The position numbers and the translations under genes are program-made. This document shows, piece by piece, positions 28,870-34,066 of a DNA stretch of 34,066 nucleotides. The stretch spans positions 1 to 34,066 of the forward strand of contig JAKQYE010000039.1 in NCBI GenBank assembly GCA_023356605.1, in the 5' to 3' direction. Below the pieces are notes generated by a model, which saw only the letters and a list, made by a program, of their open reading frames with translations, did no database searches and had not been told where the DNA came from. Source of the DNA: Trichodesmium sp. MAG_R02 (GTDB taxonomy: Bacteria; Cyanobacteriota; Cyanobacteriia; Cyanobacteriales; Microcoleaceae). Numbering within the stretch: the stretch's first letter is position 1; each line of letters starts with the position of its first letter.

Positions 28870-28895
28870 TTAATAATTCATAATTGATAACTGAA

Positions 28896-29717
28896 ATGAC
28901 CTCCAACCTCACGCCAAAAGAATTAGAACGTTATAGTCGTCAAATGATGCTCCCAGGTTTTGGAGAGGAAGCACAGCAACGACTCAAGTCAACAACAGCA
29001 CTGGTAACTGGAGTTGGTGGCTTAGGTGGCACAGTAGCATTGTATCTAGCAGCAGCAGGGATCGGGAAATTGATTTTAGTCCGAGGTGGGGAACTACGAC
29101 TTGATGATATGAACCGTCAAATCTTGATGACAGATGATTGGGTGGGTAAAGTCCGAGTAGATAAAGCTAAGGAAACTCTATCCGCTATTAACCCAGATGT
29201 TGAGATTGAAGCAGTCCCCGAATATGTTACAGCTAAAAATGTCGACCCATTGGTACAGTCTTCTGATATTGCTCTCGACTGCGCCCACAACTTTGACGAA
29301 CGGAATTTACTTAATGCAGCCTGTGTACGTTGGCGCAAACCCATGGTGGAAGCTGCCATGAATAGTATGGAAGCTTACTTAACCACCATAGTTCCTGGTA
29401 AAACTCCTTGTTTGTCTTGTCTATTCCCAGAAAAACCACAGTGGGATAGACGCGGGTTCGGAGTATTGGGGATAGTTTCTGGAACTTTAGCTTGTCTAGC
29501 AGCTTCAGAAGCCATCAAACAGATTACAGGATTTAGCAAACCCTTGTGGTCACAACTGCTAACAATTAATTTAGATGGTATGGAATTTGCCAAACGTCGC
29601 CCCTACCATGACCTAAACTGTCAGGTTTGTGGTTCTCTCAGTAGAGAATTAATAGCTGACTCCATAGGTACTGGGAATAATTTAACTACAGAAGTTATCA
29701 CAGCGAACAGTTTGTAG
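28896..29717 (+). CDS. hesA: HesA (ThiF/MoeB-like adenylyltransferase)
   Basis: RYSRQMMLPGFGEEAQQRL...VTGVGGLGGTVALYLAAAGIG nucleotide-binding motif and CxxC pairs (CLSC, CQVC). The ATG at 28896 is preferred over the TTG at 28884. Confidence 0.85.
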   Translation: MTSNLTPKELERYSRQMMLPGFGEEAQQRLKSTTALVTGVGGLGGTVALYLAAAGIGKLILVRGGELRLDDMNRQILMTDDWVGKVRVDKAKETLSAINPDVEIEAVPEYVTAKNVDPLVQSSDIALDCAHNFDERNLLNAACVRWRKPMVEAAMNSMEAYLTTIVPGKTPCLSCLFPEKPQWDRRGFGVLGIVSGTLACLAASEAIKQITGFSKPLWSQLLTINLDGMEFAKRRPYHDLNCQVCGSLSRELIADSIGTGNNLTTEVITANSL

Positions 29718-30023
29718 TTAGACTTTTGGTTTAACCTATAAATAGGGAATTAATATTAACGGCGAGTTTAAGGTATTTTAGGGTGTACGATCGCAATCGC
29801 GATGTGCAGTAAGATCTGGCTGACACTGAGACTATAACTTTTAAAATCAGGGTGTATCTTTCTGATCAATACAATCAGTTTTAGTGTTAGCCTGATTTAC
29901 CTATGACTTCTCAGACTACCATTTTTCCCGAAACCACTAAATCACTAAGCCAGACAAGAGGCGGATGTCCCCTATCTGGATAATTATTTTATCGGTAAGT
30001 ATTAATTACTTTGCCTTAAGATT

Positions 30024-30374
30024 ATGACTCTGAGTTTAACAGAAAAAGCTGCTTCTCAACTTACCAAGTTCCTGCAAGACTCAAATCAAGGCATTCGCAT
30101 ATCTGTTGTGGATGGAGGTTGCAGTGGTTATCAATATTCTTTAAATATTGCTAACGCTCCCAAGGCAGATGACTTGCTCCTCGAAAAAGATAAATTACAA
30201 ATATTTATCGATCCTAAAAGTGCACCTTTATTAGATGGAGTTGTAGTTGACTACATCGAAAGTCTAACAGAAGGCGGTTTAAAGTTTAGTAATCCCAACG
30301 CCACAGAAACTTGTAGTTGCGGAAAGTCTTTCCAGGCAGGTAGTTGCACCCCAACAGCAGTACCTTGTAGTTAA
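30024..30374 (+). CDS. hesB: HesB/IscA-type Fe-S cluster assembly protein
   Basis: GGCSGYQY and C-terminal FSNPNATETCSCGKSF motifs. Confidence 0.85.
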   Translation: MTLSLTEKAASQLTKFLQDSNQGIRISVVDGGCSGYQYSLNIANAPKADDLLLEKDKLQIFIDPKSAPLLDGVVVDYIESLTEGGLKFSNPNATETCSCGKSFQAGSCTPTAVPCS

Positions 30375-30478
30375 AATAGGATTTGGCACTTAGCACTCAC
30401 ATTTAGCAAGTAAACCTTGTTAATAGCTGATAGCTTATTCACATAGTTTTCCATTAAACAACAAGGAGAATAAAACCA

Positions 30479-30793
30479 ATGACTACTTATAAAGTAAGAT
30501 TAATCAAAGGCAAGAAAAACAAACCCCCAGAAATGGATGTCACCATCAATGTTGATGACGATATGTATATACTGGATGCTGCCGACGAAGCAGGCATAGA
30601 TTTACCTGTTTCTTGTCGTGCTGGAGCTTGCTCTAGCTGCACTGGTAGATTAGTTGAAGGTGAAATAGATCAAGAAGACCAAAACTTCTTAGATGACAAT
30701 CAGATGGAAAAAGGCTTTCTATTAATGTGTGTTACTTATCCTCGTTCTGATTGCACTATCAAAACTCACCAAGAGGCTTATTTACCTGTGTAA
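30479..30793 (+). CDS. fdxH: Plant-type [2Fe-2S] ferredoxin, FdxH-like
   Basis: [13 protein letters not shown]...[27 protein letters not shown]. It has a short basic insertion near the N-terminus ([10 protein letters not shown]) compared with the FdxH sequences I recall. Confidence 0.85.
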   Translation: MTTYKVRLIKGKKNKPPEMDVTINVDDDMYILDAADEAGIDLPVSCRAGACSSCTGRLVEGEIDQEDQNFLDDNQMEKGFLLMCVTYPRSDCTIKTHQEAYLPV

Positions 30794-30818
30794 TAACACT
30801 TGTCAATAATTATTATTT

Positions 30819-30844
30819 TAGGGACGTTCCATGGAATGTCCCTA
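30819..30844 (+). terminator. GGGAC palindrome hairpin after fdxH (candidate intrinsic terminator)
   Basis: AGGGACGTTCC-ATGG-AATGTCCCT forms a 10-bp stem including one G-U pair, followed by attcggtttt. It lies 26 nt after the fdxH stop. Confidence 0.5.
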
Positions 30845-30951
30845 TTCGGTTTTGAGCTGATCAAGTCTTTTGGACAAAAGGAGCGATCGCTCTTTTCTGA
30901 TTTAGAGGCAACTCTGCCCAAGTTATATTATGTCTGGTTGAATAATTAGAT

Positions 30952-31054
30952 CAGGACTTACGCAAAGAAACCAGGTTTTGACAGTAAATCATTGTTTTTA
31001 ACACATAAATATCTACGAGAAACCGGGGTTCTCAGTTTGCCTGCGTAAGTCCTG
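30952..31054. mobile_element. MITE family A copy 4
   Basis: caggacttacgcaaagaaaccaggttttgac...gcctgcgtaagtcctg. Confidence 0.85.
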
Positions 31055-31100
31055 TAAATTTTAGTGCCAGGAAAGCAGAAGTTTTTTCCTCTGCCTGACG

Positions 31101-31799
31101 TCATTTTACTGTGACTTGTTTCTTTCGGGATAAAACAGCAATAACAAAGGTGCTTACTATTCCTATAAGTAATGATGGTTCTGGTGTTGATTTCTTATCA
31201 ATCCTTGAGCCTTGGATAATATTATCAATTCCTGTATTAATTTTCCCTCCATTTACAGTAGTCCAGCGAATAGAACTAATTTCTTCACTAGCAAGTATTC
31301 CTAGAAATCCTACAGTTGTTGGGTCTTGATTTAACACAAAAGTATCAAGGAGATTATTAGCACCAAAAACACTGACTGTTGCTGGACCATAAGTATTAAG
31401 ATAAGTATCAAATCCCACTGCTTCCGTAGGTGTACCAAATTCCACTGTAAAATCTTCATCACCGTTAGCAGTAATTATGCTACTAGTAGTTATAGGAACA
31501 CCGTAATTAGTATATCCAGGGGAAGAAACCAATACATTGGGATATGGTATACGCCCACCAGTATATAAACCAGCATGGCCTGTATATGTATTGCCATTAC
31601 TAACAAAGGATGACAAAGGCTGATTTTTTAGTGGGAAAGCCTCAAAATCTTCTATTAAAGTTGTATCTGTTAATGCATCAAAAGCATTAACATCAGTGAA
31701 AAACATTGTACTAGCATAAGCATTTCCAGCAGCAGCAGCAGTGACAATTAACCCTCCAGCAACTATTGATAATTTCCCAAATATAGTTCCAATGTTCAT
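31101..31799 (-). CDS. PEP-CTERM sorting-domain secreted protein
   Basis: N-terminal signal-like segment (LSIVAGGLIVTAAAAGNAYA). The C-terminus has TPEPSLLIGIVSTFVIAVLSRKK, i.e. the PEP motif, a TM helix and a basic tail. Confidence 0.75.
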   Translation of the reverse strand: MNIGTIFGKLSIVAGGLIVTAAAAGNAYASTMFFTDVNAFDALTDTTLIEDFEAFPLKNQPLSSFVSNGNTYTGHAGLYTGGRIPYPNVLVSSPGYTNYGVPITTSSIITANGDEDFTVEFGTPTEAVGFDTYLNTYGPATVSVFGANNLLDTFVLNQDPTTVGFLGILASEEISSIRWTTVNGGKINTGIDNIIQGSRIDKKSTPEPSLLIGIVSTFVIAVLSRKKQVTVK

Positions 31800-32755
31800 G
31801 TTATTTATTCCTTGTAGATTGTAGTATTATGAAGTAGGAGTTTGTATAATCTAGCTTTATAAGTTTACTAGCCTAATTCTATGAGAAATAATCATATAAG
31901 TCAAGCATAATTAGTCTACATTTTATATACAGTAATCTCTTAATTTGTCAAGTATAAATATTCAATCTCTCCTAACACCCAAAAATTTCAAGATAAAATA
32001 ATAGGGAGACAATATTAGCTCTGGTGAATCTACAGCATTAAATTTTTGAGTAAGCATTTTATCATACTATTTCTCTGTAATAATGCTGTAATAATGCCCT
32101 TAATAATTATTTACCGGAACAAGTATTTTGCTAATAGTTGTTATCCTTTATTAAGGGCAACTTTATGGAGAAATGGTATCAGTACCAAAATTGTAGAAAA
32201 AACATTAATCTTTGATGCTCAAGCCTTAAAACCTGAAAGTATTGCACACACTATGTGATAATTATAGATTAAATATTACTTCTCAGAACTGAGGCAGAGG
32301 CAATTGCTAATTTTTTTTATTTGCAAATTGGAGAAATTTAAACTAGCTTTTGCCTCTGTATTGGAAATAGTATTAAAAATTCAATGTAACAGTACGCGAT
32401 ATATAGTGTTCTTGGGTAAGTCATAATTACATATAAACTTTAGAAAAAATATGTATAATCTCATGATTCAAGACATTTAATAATACAAACAGTCCTCAAT
32501 AACGCAGGTTTAGACTACAAATTATAACTAGAAAATGGAAAAATATAATCTTCCTACTCCAGGGGCAATTTATCATATTAATTCAGTATCTACAGCTCCA
32601 TTTACTACTTTTTTAATGGTACCGTTGAAAATCTTCTGAAGGCTAATATTTATATTTAAGATTCTAAGATAAAATTGTTTTATTGTGGAATTTTAACAAA
32701 AAAAGTTCTACAATATTAATAACTTTGATAAAACTTAAACAGGGGAATAATAGAT

Positions 32756-33571
32756 ATGAAAAAAAGCGCGATCGCGACCTTCAATTTTATAGCCATACTT
32801 GCTTGTTTATTAATAATTAGTTGCAGTCAAAATACCAATAATTCATCTTCTCAGCTTACTACTTCCAGAATAAATTTAACAATTTCAGCAGCAGCTAGTC
32901 TCAAAGATGCAATGGCAGAGATTAAACCTATCTATGAACAAAAAAAAACTGATGTTTCTTTAACATTAAACTTAGCTTCCTCCGGCTCCCTACGACAACA
33001 AATTGAACAAGGTGCCCCAGTAGATTTATTCATCTCTGCATCTCCTTCCCACATGAATATGTTGCAAGAAAAAGGTCTTCTAATAGATGAAAGCCTTCGT
33101 GATTTACTCAAAAATCAAATGGTGTTAATAGTTCCTCAAGAAAATACGGCTGCAGTTAACACTTTTCAAGATTTAACAAAAGACGCTATTAGTAAAATAT
33201 CTATTGGTGAACCAAAAAGTGTTCCTGCGGGAAAATATGGTCAAGAAGTTTTGAGTTATCTAGATATTTATGAAGCAGTAGAACCGAAAATAGTTTTTGC
33301 TAAAAATGTGCGCCAAGTAGTCAATTATGTAGCAACAGGAAATGTTGATGCTGGAATTGTTTATCGGACAGATACTAAGGGTTCAAGCCGAGCAAAAATT
33401 GTTGCTAATGCGCCGGAAAGATCTCATACACCAGTAGTTTATCCTATGGCAATAATTAAAGATAGTAAAAATATTGAAGCGGCTAAACAACTAGAAGAAT
33501 TTATATTGACGCCAGAGGCAAAAGCTGTCTTTGAAAAATATGGCTTTATTACACTAAACAAGGATGATTAA
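32756..33571 (+). CDS. modA: Molybdate ABC transporter substrate-binding lipoprotein ModA
   Basis: Lipobox LIISC, ISAAASLKDAM, LASSGSLRQQIEQGAPVDLFISAS and VPAGKYGQEVL match ModA. No modB or modC follows within the window. Confidence 0.88.
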   Translation: MKKSAIATFNFIAILACLLIISCSQNTNNSSSQLTTSRINLTISAAASLKDAMAEIKPIYEQKKTDVSLTLNLASSGSLRQQIEQGAPVDLFISASPSHMNMLQEKGLLIDESLRDLLKNQMVLIVPQENTAAVNTFQDLTKDAISKISIGEPKSVPAGKYGQEVLSYLDIYEAVEPKIVFAKNVRQVVNYVATGNVDAGIVYRTDTKGSSRAKIVANAPERSHTPVVYPMAIIKDSKNIEAAKQLEEFILTPEAKAVFEKYGFITLNKDD

Positions 33572-33609
33572 TTGAGTTAAATAAGTAGGAAAACTTTGTC
33601 AAATTCTTT

Positions 33610-33700
33610 CAGGACTTACGCAAATCAGCCTTTAAAACGCCATATGTAGGGGTAAATGGCATTCGCCCCCACTAGATATAGTGCCTGTGCGTAAGTCCTG
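33610..33700. mobile_element. MITE family A variant (same TIRs, different 65-bp core)
   Basis: caggacttacgcaaatcagcc...taggggtaaatggcattcgccccc...gtgcctgtgcgtaagtcctg. Confidence 0.7.
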
Positions 33701-34066
33701 ATTTATTACATTAGCACTCAACCCCGAAATCGTGATTTCAAAGGTCCTGATTTCTTTGTAGTCTTGAATGTTGAAGGGGATACAGCTCGTCAAGGATGGG
33801 TAGTTTGGGAAGAAGAAGGTCGTTATCCAGATGTGATAGTTGAAGTAACCTCTCCTTCAACTGCTAGTATAGACATTGGCAGTAAAAAGGATATTTACGA
33901 GCAAACATTCCGCACCCCAGATTATTTTATCTTTAATCCATTTGATAAGAAGTCATTACAGGGATGGCATCTGGAGAATAATCAATATCAGGAGTTGCAG
34001 CCGAATGAGCAGGGATGTTTGTGGTGCGAGAGGTTAGGTCTCTGGTTAGGTACTTGGGAAGGAACT
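33695..34066 (+). pseudogene. Uma2-family (DUF820) endonuclease gene, 5-prime truncated at the MITE boundary; runs off the window end
   Basis: The frame open from 33695 reads VLIYYISTQPRNRDFKGPDFFVVLNVEGDTARQGWVVWEEEGRYPDVIVEVTSPSTASIDIGSKKDIYEQTFRTPDYFIFNP. The N-terminal ~60-70 aa normally present in this family are absent, and there is no start codon. Confidence 0.7.

Noticed and set aside
32046-32258. 70-aa ORF between the PEP-CTERM gene and modA
   Set aside because: It has a TTG start, no RBS, and AT-rich low-complexity codons. It lies in a divergent promoter region and no family resemblance was recognised.
32560-32755. Possible molybdenum-cofactor (Moco) riboswitch upstream of modA
   Set aside because: I could not recognise the conserved Moco-motif stems or loops by eye. 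The region is AT-rich with little pairing potential. It would need an Rfam cmscan to exclude formally.

Overview
This window is an AT-rich cyanobacterial nitrogen-fixation island. The cyanobacterial assignment rests on 12 HIP1 GCGATCGC sites counted by eye, heptamer STRR arrays, and a hesA-hesB-fdxH tail; the species was not identified. Plus-strand nif genes: nifB, nifS, nifU, nifH, nifD, nifK, a single fused nifE-nifN ORF, nifX, a DUF269 gene, nifW, hesA, hesB, fdxH. No fdxN lies between nifB and nifS. Minus-strand genes upstream of nifB: cysE/nifP plus two small conserved ORFs, then 1.5 kb of mobile-element debris, then nifZ-nifT. No nifV is present in the window. The right flank holds a PEP-CTERM protein, modA and a 5-prime-truncated Uma2 endonuclease gene. 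The left flank (563-5971, minus strand) holds an uncharacterised triad: an atypical sigma-70-like protein, a tightly coupled DUF1822 protein, and a CHAT (caspase-like) protease fused to a polytopic membrane domain. A tandemly duplicated leader precedes this triad. Most notable non-coding signal: the cysE/nifP-nifB intergenic region is mirror-symmetric about position ~13101.5. Five motif pairs (TGTACTCA x3, TTGGGGTAT, TGATATAAA) sit at matching distances within +/-1 bp of the axis, while the spacers between them have diverged. The island also carries two MITE families, a GGGAC palindrome family, IS5 and tnpB remnants, a 1.4-kb pseudogene insert between nifK and nifEN, and a duplicated, STRR-expanded, MITE-hit hesA 5-prime region. 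No tRNA, rRNA or CRISPR array was found.
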